A stretch of 64,000 bases of DNA, taken from assembly GCA_016787925.1 (NCBI GenBank), contig JAEUSK010000248.1:26908-90907 (forward strand). The letters are read 5' to 3'. Positions 10,268-20,401 of this stretch are shown here, in pieces; position 1 is the stretch's first letter, and every line of letters starts with the position of its first letter. The position numbers and the translations under genes are program-made. This stretch comes from a bacterium (GTDB lineage: Bacteria > CLD3 > SB21). The notes below the pieces were generated by a model, which did not search any database, had not been told where the DNA came from, and was given only the letters and a program-made list of their open reading frames with translations.

Positions 10268-10576
10268 ATGCAGGACATCAGCCAAAATTACAGGATATTA
10301 ATGCGGGCAGGGTCGGTTTTGAGTTTGTCTTTTCTACTGCTGGGTCTTGCGGTATATGCCGCCCTGCCAAGCGGCGGAGCGCATGAATGGGAATGGCGCA
10401 ACGGTTACATATATCTCATGATCGGTATAGTCAGTCTGTTGCTTACGCCGTTGATGGGTCTGTTGGCTTTTCTCATTTTTAGTATTCGGCAGAGAGAGTT
10501 TACGATGGCTTTTCTTATTGTCACATTATTGGTTTTATTAATCGGCGGAACATGGTTAATTCATCCCGGTCATTAA
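10268..10576 (+). CDS. small hypothetical membrane protein (3 predicted TM helices)
   Basis: The 102-aa hydrophobic product starts 4 bp after the TauE-like gene. Confidence 0.4.
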   Translation: MQDISQNYRILMRAGSVLSLSFLLLGLAVYAALPSGGAHEWEWRNGYIYLMIGIVSLLLTPLMGLLAFLIFSIRQREFTMAFLIVTLLVLLIGGTWLIHPGH

Positions 10577-10596
10577 GTAGTAGTAAAGGATATGCT

Positions 10597-10968
10597 ATGA
10601 GATTAGGTCTTTCGATCATGAGTTTGTTCGTATTATGCATTGGCGGCTGCGGTCAGGTAAGTAAAACGGTCATATACAACGATCATACCTATAAGGACGT
10701 GTCAAAAGCAGAGAATGTCCGCGTCACACATATTGACGGAAAAACATTCGGATTTTACAGAATGGAAGTTATAACGGTGGACGACAATTTTATTTATGCG
10801 CGCTGCTGGGAAAAAAAGAAGTCAGAGCCAATTGACTACAAATTTGACAAACAGGAAGTGATCATTGAGAGTACTTCATTCAGCGGGGCGAAAACTGCAA
10901 ATTATATTTTTTTTACTGCCGTCACGGTCGGACTTATTATTTTCCTTAACATCATCTTAAGTAAGTAA
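10597..10968 (+). CDS. hypothetical lipoprotein with C-terminal TM anchor
   Basis: The internal Met gives MRLGLSIMSLFVLCIGGCGQ, a signal peptide with a lipobox. The C-terminus has a hydrophobic helix. The ORF track's start at 10552 would overlap the upstream gene. Confidence 0.45.
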   Translation: MRLGLSIMSLFVLCIGGCGQVSKTVIYNDHTYKDVSKAENVRVTHIDGKTFGFYRMEVITVDDNFIYARCWEKKKSEPIDYKFDKQEVIIESTSFSGAKTANYIFFTAVTVGLIIFLNIILSK

Positions 10969-10975
10969 GTAACGA

Positions 10976-11926
10976 ATGATCGATGAACTACATACGGCTG
11001 CCATACAGGTGGAATTTGAAAACACCGCCTGCCCTAATTGCGCTTCTGCAGGAAATAAATCGGTATATACATTTACAGATAAGTTTGGTTCGTATAATGT
11101 AGTTCGCTGCAAATATTGTCAGTTAAGTTATTTGAACCCAAGGCCGACGAAATCAACCATTGGCATATATTATGAGGCCGCACAGTACACACCGTTTTTG
11201 AGTTCGGGCAGCGGTCGTTCATTGTTTGGTCGGGTTTACACCGTCATCAGAAAATATTCTGTTCGCTGGAAGAGGAAAAAAATTGAACGCTACAGGGCAG
11301 GCCACTCGATATTGGACATTGGCTGCGGAACAGGTGAATTCTTGTCTGAAATGCAGTCAAACGGCTGGACGGCCTGTGGGCTGGAACCGTCGCAAGAGGC
11401 ATCGGAATTTGCCAGGAAAACGTATCACCTCGACATTAAAACCGGATTTATCGATCACAAAGACCTGGAATTCTCAATAAGCCGGTTTGACGTAATTACT
11501 ATGTGGCACGTGTTGGAGCATGTTCACATGCCATTGCAAGCGCTGGATAGAGTGTGCACTTTACTCGCGGATGACGGTTTGCTCATAATTGCATTGCCGA
11601 ATATCTCGTCATTTGATGCGTGTGCTTACAAAAGGGATTGGGTTGCACTGGATGTGCCGCGTCACTTACTGCATTTCACGCCCGACACGCTGAAATCCGT
11701 TTTGCATAAAGCCGGCATGGAGATCGCAAAACAACATCAAATGCCTCTGGATACTGTATTCAATTGTCTGATAAGCGAAAAAAAAATTATGGAAAAGGCG
11801 CCTTGGTACACGATTCCATTCTGCCAATTGCGAATGACGTTACTTATTCTTATTTCATGGATTGTTGGGCTGAACAATAAAAGAGGTTCATCTGTAATGT
11901 ATTACATTCGTAAAACCAAATCCTGA
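10976..11926 (+). CDS. class I SAM-dependent methyltransferase with N-terminal Cys4 zinc ribbon
   Basis: The Cys4 residues are in CPNCASAG...CKYCQLSY. The MTase motif I is ILDIGCGTGEF, and motif II/III is WHVLEHV. Confidence 0.65.
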   Translation: MIDELHTAAIQVEFENTACPNCASAGNKSVYTFTDKFGSYNVVRCKYCQLSYLNPRPTKSTIGIYYEAAQYTPFLSSGSGRSLFGRVYTVIRKYSVRWKRKKIERYRAGHSILDIGCGTGEFLSEMQSNGWTACGLEPSQEASEFARKTYHLDIKTGFIDHKDLEFSISRFDVITMWHVLEHVHMPLQALDRVCTLLADDGLLIIALPNISSFDACAYKRDWVALDVPRHLLHFTPDTLKSVLHKAGMEIAKQHQMPLDTVFNCLISEKKIMEKAPWYTIPFCQLRMTLLILISWIVGLNNKRGSSVMYYIRKTKS

Positions 11927-11927
11927 T

Positions 11928-13727
11928 ATGCCAACGATTAAAATATTATCCGAGAATGTGGCCAATAAAATTGCGGCAGGTGAAGTAGTTGAACGCCCGG
12001 CCTCCGTCGTAAAGGAACTCATTGAAAACTCCATCGATGCCGGTTCTGACGAGATCGTTATTACCGTCAAGTCCGGAGGCAAAGGGCTGATTCAGGTCAT
12101 TGATAACGGCTGCGGCATGAATTCAGATGACGCCGTGTTGTGTTTCGAAAGGCACGCCACCAGTAAAATTAGTTCATGGGAAGACCTCCAGCGCGTCAGA
12201 AGTTTTGGTTTCCGCGGAGAAGCGCTGGCGAGTATTAGTTCCGTTTCCGATGTGGAGCTAAAAACCAAAACAACAATTGAGGAAGTTGGAACCATTGTCA
12301 GAATGCATGCCGGAAATATATCAGAGGTGACTAAAGAAGCCTCTTTGCAGGGGACTACGATGACAGTCAAGAACCTCTTTTACAATGTACCCGCGCGGCG
12401 GAATTTCCTAAAAACGAATAACACGGAATTTCGTCACATTACGTCAGTCATTAAGAAATTTGCCATGGCTTATCCGGCCGTCGAATTTACGTTGTTTCAT
12501 GAAGACGAAAAGATATTCCAATTGCGCAAGGCGGATCTTCCGGCGAGGCTGGAAAAAGTTATAGGAAAAGATATCATGTCGTACACCTTGACGCTGGATG
12601 TGGAACAGTTCGGCACTCATGTTAAAGGGTATCTGAGCAAGCCGTCTTTTTCGTACAAAACGAAAGGGGAACAGTATTTGTTCCTTAACGGGCGGCCGAT
12701 AGTCAATCGAACCGTTAATTTTGCCGTATTTTCTGCCTATGGGCATTCGATTCCAAAAGGGGACAAGCCCTTTTTTGTTTTATTCTTAGAAAGCAAGCCG
12801 GAAGATTTTGACGTGAATGTTCATCCCGCAAAGGCAGAGGTGAAATTCAAAGATGAGCAATTGCTCTATCGTACTATGTTTCATGCGGTGCGTGACTCTA
12901 TGAGCACGGACTCTATGATTCCCTCACTGACAAGACCGCCGGTCAATGAAAGTGATCCGGAAAAGACTAATCTGTCGCTGGACTTACATACGCAAAAAGA
13001 GAGTCTGCGGATGCCATTGGGCTCCGGCATGCAGAGTTCAGGTCAGGGTTCGGACAGCGGAACGCAAAGCGAGGACGATGTTGCCCGTTTTTTTGAAACG
13101 CCGGAAGAAGAAAAAAGAGCGATTCAGACACAGCTTACTCAGCCAAAACAGGCTGTCAACCTGAGCAGCTTGGTCTGGCAACTGCATAACCGGTATATTA
13201 TTTCGCAGATTAAAAGCGGCCTCGCGATTATCGACCAGCATGTGGCGCACGAGCGCATTTTATATGAAAGAGCGTTGGACGCTTTTGAGAAGAATCCGAT
13301 TTTTTCTCAGCAATTGCTTTTCCCGCAAACGCTGGAGTTTTCTGCTGAAGACTTTTCTATTTTAGAGGAATTTCTGCCTTTGGTCGAAAGATTGGGTTTT
13401 GTAATCAAGAAGTTCGGCAAACGAACGGTAGTGGTTGAGGCCGTTCCTGCGGATGTGCGGCTTGGAAATGAACAGAAAATTCTCACCGAGATGATCAATG
13501 AGTATAAAATTAACAGTTATAACGACCTGGATCCGAGGGATAACTTGGCAAAATCTTTTTCCTGTAAATCCGCTATCAAATCCGGAGATCCTTTGACGGT
13601 TGATGAGATGAATAGCCTCATCGATCAACTTTTTGCCTGTAAATTTCCGTACGTTTGTCCCCACGGCCGGCCCATCATTATTCAACTGTCATTAGAGGAG
13701 TTGGATAAGCGATTTATGCGTATTTAG
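11928..13727 (+). CDS. mutL: DNA mismatch repair protein MutL
   Basis: The GHKL ATPase N-terminus reads IKILSENVANKIAAGEVVERPASVVKELIENSIDAG. The C-terminal dimerisation domain includes FACKFPYVCPHGRP. Confidence 0.9.
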   Translation: MPTIKILSENVANKIAAGEVVERPASVVKELIENSIDAGSDEIVITVKSGGKGLIQVIDNGCGMNSDDAVLCFERHATSKISSWEDLQRVRSFGFRGEALASISSVSDVELKTKTTIEEVGTIVRMHAGNISEVTKEASLQGTTMTVKNLFYNVPARRNFLKTNNTEFRHITSVIKKFAMAYPAVEFTLFHEDEKIFQLRKADLPARLEKVIGKDIMSYTLTLDVEQFGTHVKGYLSKPSFSYKTKGEQYLFLNGRPIVNRTVNFAVFSAYGHSIPKGDKPFFVLFLESKPEDFDVNVHPAKAEVKFKDEQLLYRTMFHAVRDSMSTDSMIPSLTRPPVNESDPEKTNLSLDLHTQKESLRMPLGSGMQSSGQGSDSGTQSEDDVARFFETPEEEKRAIQTQLTQPKQAVNLSSLVWQLHNRYIISQIKSGLAIIDQHVAHERILYERALDAFEKNPIFSQQLLFPQTLEFSAEDFSILEEFLPLVERLGFVIKKFGKRTVVVEAVPADVRLGNEQKILTEMINEYKINSYNDLDPRDNLAKSFSCKSAIKSGDPLTVDEMNSLIDQLFACKFPYVCPHGRPIIIQLSLEELDKRFMRI

Positions 13728-13838
13728 CTTGTTTCGTTACGCAAGATAATTGTCTATATCTTATTATATTGATAAGCTTAATACAGTTTACCTTACTTCA
13801 TTCAGATACCGCCAAAATGTCGGTTGCTCGACGTATCA

Positions 13839-14780
13839 ATGCCCGAAAATAAACGTAAAATACTCGTCATCGTCGGCCCGACAGCAATTGGAAAAACCAA
13901 CTTAGCGGTTTCTGTTGCAAGAACAATCAACGCGGAAATCATTTCTGCTGACTCGAGGCAAATATTCCGACACATGGATATTTGTACGGCGAAACCTGCC
14001 GTAGCAGAACGAGATTCAATACCACATCATTTTATCGATCACATTGATCCCGATCAATATTACAATGCCGGCCAGTATGGCGCTGATGGGCGCGCAGTAG
14101 TCGAACAAATTTGGGCGCGCAACAAAGAAGTTGTTGTTGTAGGCGGGTCAGGACTATATATTCGCTCGTTGATCGACGGTTTTATTGGTGAAGGTGAAAA
14201 AAGTGAACCAGTTCGTCTCGAAATTCGCGATCGAATTGCGCAGCTTGGATTGAAATCGGTTTATCATGAACTGGAAATAGTTGACCCGGCGGCGGCGTCT
14301 AAGATTCATCCCAACGATGCGAAGAGGATTGAGCGCGCATTGGAAGTTTTTGAATTTACGGGCAAAAGAATTTCAGAAAAACATGCGGAAAAAACGGTTG
14401 AAATAAACTTTACTCCGGTGATGATCGGGTTGACCTGCGACCGTGCGGAACTCTATCGGCGCATTAACATGCGCGTGGAGGACATGATTCGGCGAGGCGT
14501 GATCGAAGAAACAAAACAATTGATCGAGAAAGGCTATTCGCCACAACTGACCTCCATGGAAAGTCTCGGATATCGGGAGATCGTTGCGCACCTTCGCGGA
14601 GATATCACGTATGAACGGATGCTGGTTCTTTTCAAGCAGGGTTCCCGAAATTATGCAAAACGTCAATTGACCTGGTTTCGACGGGATAAACGTGTGCGGT
14701 GGTTTGATGTGACTAAATATACAAGTGGGGAACTGGTTGACGCAGTGATTGTAAGTCTCCAGACTTCTGAAAATCATTGA
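13839..14780 (+). CDS. miaA: tRNA dimethylallyltransferase
   Basis: The P-loop is ILVIVGPTAIGKT, and the protein has the DSRQIFRHMDI..TAKP MiaA core. The first ATG is at 13839; the ORF track begins with a TTG at 13824. Confidence 0.85.
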   Translation: MPENKRKILVIVGPTAIGKTNLAVSVARTINAEIISADSRQIFRHMDICTAKPAVAERDSIPHHFIDHIDPDQYYNAGQYGADGRAVVEQIWARNKEVVVVGGSGLYIRSLIDGFIGEGEKSEPVRLEIRDRIAQLGLKSVYHELEIVDPAAASKIHPNDAKRIERALEVFEFTGKRISEKHAEKTVEINFTPVMIGLTCDRAELYRRINMRVEDMIRRGVIEETKQLIEKGYSPQLTSMESLGYREIVAHLRGDITYERMLVLFKQGSRNYAKRQLTWFRRDKRVRWFDVTKYTSGELVDAVIVSLQTSENH

Positions 14781-14916
14781 CTCATTTTTGTCGTAAGCGC
14801 AATGACATTTTCTATGTCAATTTGCAGCACTTGGGTTATGCCACTGATGTATAAATAGAGTTGGCATTTAACAGAAACTATTGCAGATTCAACAGACACT
14901 AACCGGAGATATTTGT

Positions 14917-16497
14917 ATGAACCAATACCCTAGCATTTTTAACGACGTTATGGGTCCGGTGATGAGAGGTCCGTCAAGTTCGCACTGTGCCGCATCGCTA
15001 CGGATCGGCCGTATTTGCCGCGACCTGGCCGATGAGAAACTGGAAGATGTTCTCATCGAATTTGATCCGAATGGTTCTCTTGCAACCACCCACAAAAGCC
15101 AGGGATCGGACATGGGCCTTTTCGGGGGCTTTCTTGGATGGGAAGCCAATGACGAACGTCTTGCTGATTCTGAAAGCGCCCTTGAAGCCGCCGGCATTAG
15201 AGCCAAAATTGAAATTACAGATATCCATGCAGATCACCCTAATACGTATCAGCTTACGCTAACCAATGCCGAAGAAACACACAGGATCACCGCTATATCA
15301 ACCGGCGGAGGGATGATTGAGGTCATAGCCATTGATGGTAATGAGGTTTCCATGGCAGGAGATTTTTTTGAGACGGTGATCTACGTCAAATCAACGGGTG
15401 ATCTTGCAAAAATCAAAAAATTTATTCTTGATCAGGAATTTACATTTGATGACTTGATTCTTCATGACAGCGCCATCCCATTCATCGAAATTAAATCGCA
15501 ACAATTTCCTGGACAGGAACTTCTCAAAAAACTTCAATCGCTAGAGCAGGTTACTTCCATAAAAAAAATTAGTCCCGTGTTACCTGTACTGTCACGAAAA
15601 GGAATAATGGTTCCCTTCATTACATGTGAGGAAATGCTGGTCTACAATCAGGACAAGCATCTCCCTTTGTGGGAATTGGCCGCACACTATGAAAGCGCGA
15701 GGGGAAGTATTCCCGTGGATGAAGTCATCAGGAAGATGACTTCGATTGTTCACATCATGCAGGATGCGATTGACACCGGTCTCAGAGGCACCAAATACGA
15801 CGCCCGTATTCTGGGCGCGCAGTCGGTAAATTTCAAGAAACAGCTTGAAGATCATAAACTTATCGGCGGCGACACCAACAATCTCATCATCATGTATGTT
15901 TCAGCAGTGTTAGAAGTCAAGAGTTCCATGGGCGTTATCGTTGCTGCGCCGACCGCCGGATCCTGCGGTGTCGTTCCAGGAGCGGTCATTGGTACAGCCA
16001 AAGGGCTGGGCAAATCGGAAGATGAGATCGTCAAAGCCATGCTTGTGGCGGGTTTGATCGGCGTTTTTATTTCTGCGCATGCCACGTTTGCGGCCGAAGT
16101 TGGCGGCTGTATGGCAGAATGCGGTTCAGGATCGGGAATGGCTGCTGCTGCTATTGTGTCTCTTGTTCACGGAACTCTTGAGCAATCGATCTCCGCGGCT
16201 TCAGTTGCGCTGCAGAATTCATTCGGTATGATCTGTGATCCGGTTGCCAATCGTGTCGAAGCGCCCTGTCTCGGAAAAAATGTCATGGCTGCTACAAATG
16301 CGTTGTCGTGCGCAAATATGTCGCTGGCGCAGTACGACCACGTCGTTCCGCTGGACGAAGTGATACAAGCCATGAATGAAGTTGGCAACGCGATTCCTAA
16401 TACGCTCCGGTGCACTTCGCTTGGCGGTCTGTCAACCACAAAAACGTCAAAAGCGCTGGAAGAGAAGATGAACAAAACGTTTTATAAAATTTGTTGA
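14917..16497 (+). CDS. sdaA: L-serine dehydratase (iron-sulfur dependent, single-chain)
   Basis: IFNDVMGPVMRGPSSSHCAA matches the serine dehydratase N-terminal motif. The total length of about 527 aa fits a fused beta/alpha form. GGAG lies 9 nt upstream of the ATG at 14917. Confidence 0.8.
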   Translation: MNQYPSIFNDVMGPVMRGPSSSHCAASLRIGRICRDLADEKLEDVLIEFDPNGSLATTHKSQGSDMGLFGGFLGWEANDERLADSESALEAAGIRAKIEITDIHADHPNTYQLTLTNAEETHRITAISTGGGMIEVIAIDGNEVSMAGDFFETVIYVKSTGDLAKIKKFILDQEFTFDDLILHDSAIPFIEIKSQQFPGQELLKKLQSLEQVTSIKKISPVLPVLSRKGIMVPFITCEEMLVYNQDKHLPLWELAAHYESARGSIPVDEVIRKMTSIVHIMQDAIDTGLRGTKYDARILGAQSVNFKKQLEDHKLIGGDTNNLIIMYVSAVLEVKSSMGVIVAAPTAGSCGVVPGAVIGTAKGLGKSEDEIVKAMLVAGLIGVFISAHATFAAEVGGCMAECGSGSGMAAAAIVSLVHGTLEQSISAASVALQNSFGMICDPVANRVEAPCLGKNVMAATNALSCANMSLAQYDHVVPLDEVIQAMNEVGNAIPNTLRCTSLGGLSTTKTSKALEEKMNKTFYKIC

Positions 16498-16742
16498 CAG
16501 CCGGAGCGCCGAATTCCAGTTGTGGCCATTTTATATTTAACTAATTTGCTTTTTCGACCACGTTTCAAGTATTTGCCGAAAAATCGGATTTGACAATGAT
16601 AAATCACAGACTGAAAAGACTGTTTATTCATAATGCCAATTTATGTAAAATTTGATGCGGTTACACGAAGTTGATATTATACTGACAAAGCCCGGCACGG
16701 TTGAACTTGGAATTTAGCGAACAATAATGGAGGAGGTACCAC

Positions 16743-17540
16743 ATGAAGCGGTTTCGATTGGTAATAATAATGAGCCTTTTTACCTTTGGGGGTTGTACTA
16801 ACTATGCAACAAGTACGAAAAAAGATCCAAATTGCACAACGGTAGTGTGCGGGAAGTTTGTTTGCGCAGAAAAATGGGTCGGAAAGTATCCCGCATTGAT
16901 GATAAAGGATATGGGGGAGACCAAATCCTACTTTGGCGAAATTACAGAAATAGACAGCGCCGGAGTGTGGTTTGATCGTACCAAAGAGGGATTTGTTTTT
17001 TCTTCACCGCGATACTATCCGTTCAAAAAGATTGTGTGCCTGATTGACGAGAATAATGATGTCATTTACGGCTCGATTCCCAAAAAATACGGAGGAACGT
17101 GGGACATGGATATCATGTTGGCGCCGGTTAACGTTCCTGGCGGAAAGGCCATTACGCTGAGACTGGAAGCTAATAAGGAATTTGCCTTTTGTCTAGAACC
17201 AAACGAATATCTTGTCGGTAATATTATGTTCAATAGAGGCAACGATTATATTGACGTGGGAAAAGACATTCCGGTATTAAAGTTTATGGCTCAATCGAAT
17301 AAGTGGAATTATATTGGTGACATTTATATGGATTCAACGGTTGCGAATGTTGCGCCAATCAAAATTACTTGCAAAATTGGGTCCAGGCCTTCAGATGCTG
17401 CGAACGGCGCCATGTTTGGCCTTGTTGGCGCTGTGCTTCTCGAGATGTCACGAAGCGGGGATCGTATTGAGCACAAGATAACAGTGACCAATGCCGGCCG
17501 CCCTGAAAATGCGGTCGAGTCTTTGATCACGACGCAGTGA
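16743..17540 (+). CDS. hypothetical lipoprotein
   Basis: The N-terminus reads MKRFRLVIIMSLFTFGGCTNY, with a lipobox. The gene is flanked by intergenic regions of more than 240 bp. Confidence 0.5.
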   Translation: MKRFRLVIIMSLFTFGGCTNYATSTKKDPNCTTVVCGKFVCAEKWVGKYPALMIKDMGETKSYFGEITEIDSAGVWFDRTKEGFVFSSPRYYPFKKIVCLIDENNDVIYGSIPKKYGGTWDMDIMLAPVNVPGGKAITLRLEANKEFAFCLEPNEYLVGNIMFNRGNDYIDVGKDIPVLKFMAQSNKWNYIGDIYMDSTVANVAPIKITCKIGSRPSDAANGAMFGLVGAVLLEMSRSGDRIEHKITVTNAGRPENAVESLITTQ

Positions 17541-17816
17541 GGTTTATTAATTTTTGAGGAATTCGGCAAAAGAACACATGTAAATGCGCTGTGAAAATCT
17601 GACCAAAACCATTGACAAATCGTTGTTGGCAATGTACATTCCATTGTCTATTCGTAGTTCTTTCTTATCTTAGGGATATTCAACAGTTCTTTTTCAAAAA
17701 AAGCTGAAAATAAGGAAATATACAATTTCAGAAGAAGTACGGAATTTATTCGACACGCGCAATTTTGTTTAGACGCCATTGATAATGGCGGATATGTACA
17801 ATTGTGTTAATCAATA

Positions 17817-18349
17817 GTTATCTGAGATTTGTGGCGCGAACTTCTTCTTACTGCGGTGATATTATGATTTCAAGATTATGTTTCACTCTTTTCCTTATCT
17901 TGATTGTGGTTCCATCATGCGACAAAAACGATGACTCCATAAGTGGAATCACTGAAACTGACGCATTAGGGAACATTATTTCTACGGATGAAAGAGATTG
18001 GCAAATAACTTCATCCAATCATTCTAGCGGCAGCATGCCGTCTCTTCAGCCGGCATATCCAAATCCCACGGATGGACCACTTACATTTCGTTTTGGTTTT
18101 CCTGATACCATGAGAGTAACGATTCAAATTAAGAATTCAAAAAGAGTAATTCGTACGCTTCTTGACAATGAATTTCGACAAATTGGGTATCACACGATAC
18201 AGTGGGACTTGAAAGATGACGAGGGCAACATAGTTCCAAATGGTCTGTACCGTTGTGTCTTCAGTTTTTCGAGTGGAACGAAGACATCTAAAGGATATGG
18301 AGACATAGAAGTAGATGTATTGTAAGCTGCGCCACAAATCTCGGATAAC
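17817..18349. repeat. 21-bp inverted repeat pair (20/21 match) bracketing ORF 17864..18325
   Basis: gttatctgagatttgtggcgc (17817-17837) against gcgccacaaatctcggataac (18329-18349). Confidence 0.7.
17864..18325 (+). CDS. small secreted protein with FlgD-Ig-like (T9SS-cargo-type) C-terminal beta-sandwich
   Basis: The signal peptide is MISRLCFTLFLILIVVPSC. The C-terminus GYHTIQWDLKDDEGNIVPNGLYRCVFSF resembles the FlgD Ig-like domain pattern. Confidence 0.5.
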   Translation: MISRLCFTLFLILIVVPSCDKNDDSISGITETDALGNIISTDERDWQITSSNHSSGSMPSLQPAYPNPTDGPLTFRFGFPDTMRVTIQIKNSKRVIRTLLDNEFRQIGYHTIQWDLKDDEGNIVPNGLYRCVFSFSSGTKTSKGYGDIEVDVL

Positions 18350-18548
18350 ATGCGGCTTACACGTCCGATTCGCGAGCACGATTGAGAATCCCCACAAATG
18401 TGTGTGATTGCTTCGCCAGCAGCTCGCTCACGCATTTAGAATGTTCTTAATTAACTTACATTTTCCTCGCGTGCGAGCTACTTCGTGTAGCCGCCGAGCG
18501 TTGGCGGCAATAACAACGAAGGACTGGTTAACCTAAACAATAGACATA

Positions 18549-19427
18549 ATGAAGACAAGTAAGTACTTATTAATGGTTGTATTGAGTCTGTTGACTTTCT
18601 TGGACTCGAAGTCACAATCTTATTCTGATCTAAATGAACTGGCTGGATTTTCAATTAAGGCATACTATAGCCCAGGTAATGAGGAAAGAGCGAAGGTAAT
18701 TGTTAGACGATGTGAAAGAACAATTGAGTATGTAGAAGGACTCGTGGGATTTAAACCAAAGGTAAGTCTCTTCATATTGAATCCTGAACATTGGAAAAAA
18801 TACGCGACTTTTCCGGTATACGGAATGCCTCATTATCCAGACAGTGAAAGGTTGATTATTGCGTCAGAGGACAACGACTTTTGGAAAAGTTTCATTCCAC
18901 CGCTTGACCAACTCCCAACAGACTTAGCTCATCAGATTAGAAAAGCTTATACCACCTCTGATGGTACATTAAGTATGATGGCGTTCTTTGACCTATTAGC
19001 ACTTCATGAATTGGGGCACGGATTCCACGAACAAGGAGGATTAACAATGCAAAGACTTTGGATGCAGGAATTGTTTTGCAATATCATGCTTCATACTTAC
19101 ATAGCTGAAAAAGAACCAACTAATCTGCCGGCATTAGAAGTATTCCCGGAAATGGTTGTGGCAGCTGGATCAACTGGTTACGAGTTTACCACACTCGCTG
19201 ACTTTGAAAAACGATATGACAATATGGACCCAAAGAATTATGGTTGGTATCAATGCCGACTTCATGTGGCCGGCAAAAATATTTACAATGCAGGCGGAGA
19301 AATTACATTTTTAAAACTTTGGCAAGGACTAAAAGAAAACAAAGAGAAAATGACGGATGAACAGTTTGCTTCTTTTTTAAACGAGAAAGTAAGCCGAGAG
19401 GTTGCAAAAGTTCAAACAGACTGGTGA
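18549..19427 (+). CDS. secreted hypothetical protein with HExxH zinc-binding motif
   Basis: The signal peptide is MKTSKYLLMVVLSLLTFLDSKSQ. The motif is LALHELGHGFHEQ (HExxHxxH). Confidence 0.5.
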   Translation: MKTSKYLLMVVLSLLTFLDSKSQSYSDLNELAGFSIKAYYSPGNEERAKVIVRRCERTIEYVEGLVGFKPKVSLFILNPEHWKKYATFPVYGMPHYPDSERLIIASEDNDFWKSFIPPLDQLPTDLAHQIRKAYTTSDGTLSMMAFFDLLALHELGHGFHEQGGLTMQRLWMQELFCNIMLHTYIAEKEPTNLPALEVFPEMVVAAGSTGYEFTTLADFEKRYDNMDPKNYGWYQCRLHVAGKNIYNAGGEITFLKLWQGLKENKEKMTDEQFASFLNEKVSREVAKVQTDW

Positions 19428-19623
19428 CAAGTTGCTGCCGCCAACAGTGTGTTTATACCGGCTGCGGGTGAAGTGTTAATGTGAAATTTAGTATTTATAT
19501 TTCGTTTCGGCACTTGGGACAAGACGCAGCTTCGAAATCTGCAGACGTCATAAACACGCGTCGTTGGCGGTTATTATAAAACGTGCCATAAGCAATCAAG
19601 ATAAACCGTTAAAAAAACAAAAT

Positions 19624-20190
19624 ATGAGAAAGATAATTGCCGCATTAAATATGACAATTGATGGATTTTGCGACCATACTGCTGGACTACCCGATGATGA
19701 AATACATCAACATTATACGGAACTATTACGTGAGGGAGATGCAATTTTATATGGCAGGACTACGTATCAACTTATGGAATTTTGGCGAACCCTGTTGGAA
19801 AATCCTTCCGAAGAAAAATCAATGAATGACTTTGCTACGGCCATAGACAAAATTCCGAAAATAGTTTTCTCGCGCACCATTAAGAATGTAGAATGGGAAA
19901 GTGCAACAATAGCAAAACGTGACTTAAAGGATGAAGTTTTAGAACTCAAGCAACAATCAGGTAAAGTTATTTTTGTCGGTAGTCGCAGTTTGATTATACA
20001 GCTGATAAAACTTGATTTGATTGATGAATTCCAACTTTGCATTCATCCAGTTGTTGCAGGAAACGGTTTGCCATTATTTGAAAACATAAACGATAGGATT
20101 ATTTTTAGACTCAAAAAAACAAAAATATTTAGAGGTGGTGCGGTAACGCTTTACTATGAGCCGACAAATAAAAAAACAACGAACCGCTAA
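19624..20190 (+). CDS. dihydrofolate reductase family protein (RibD C-terminal-like)
   Basis: MRKIIAALNMTIDGF..ILYGRTTY..VFSRT..VIFVGS matches the RibD_C/DHFR-like pattern. I used the internal Met at 19624. Confidence 0.65.
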   Translation: MRKIIAALNMTIDGFCDHTAGLPDDEIHQHYTELLREGDAILYGRTTYQLMEFWRTLLENPSEEKSMNDFATAIDKIPKIVFSRTIKNVEWESATIAKRDLKDEVLELKQQSGKVIFVGSRSLIIQLIKLDLIDEFQLCIHPVVAGNGLPLFENINDRIIFRLKKTKIFRGGAVTLYYEPTNKKTTNR

Positions 20191-20336
20191 CAAAGTATTG
20201 CCATAAGCCCCACGCTGAACCCGCTCGGGTTAGACTAGGTCATCAAGATTCCGAGAGCCCCGCGTTCTGATCATCGAATCATATCTTTCAGTTCTCACCG
20301 GGCAATCAGGCTAGTTTGTTAACCACTCCCTGTTTC

Positions 20337-20386
20337 CCCCTCCTTTTGCAAATGAGTATCGGGAAACTGTGATACAAAAGGAGGGG
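20337..20386 (+). other. stable stem-loop (12-bp stem cccctccttttg/caaaaggagggg, 26-nt loop) inside a GC-rich ~190-bp intergenic element that is closed by ccccacg...cgtgggg
   Basis: I read this directly from the sequence. There is no U-tract after it. The local GC content is far above neighbouring intergenic DNA. Confidence 0.5.
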
Positions 20387-20401
20387 ACGTGGGGTGGTAT
20401 T

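Noticed and set aside
14373-14777. 134-aa minus-strand ORF
   Set aside because: It is antisense within miaA.
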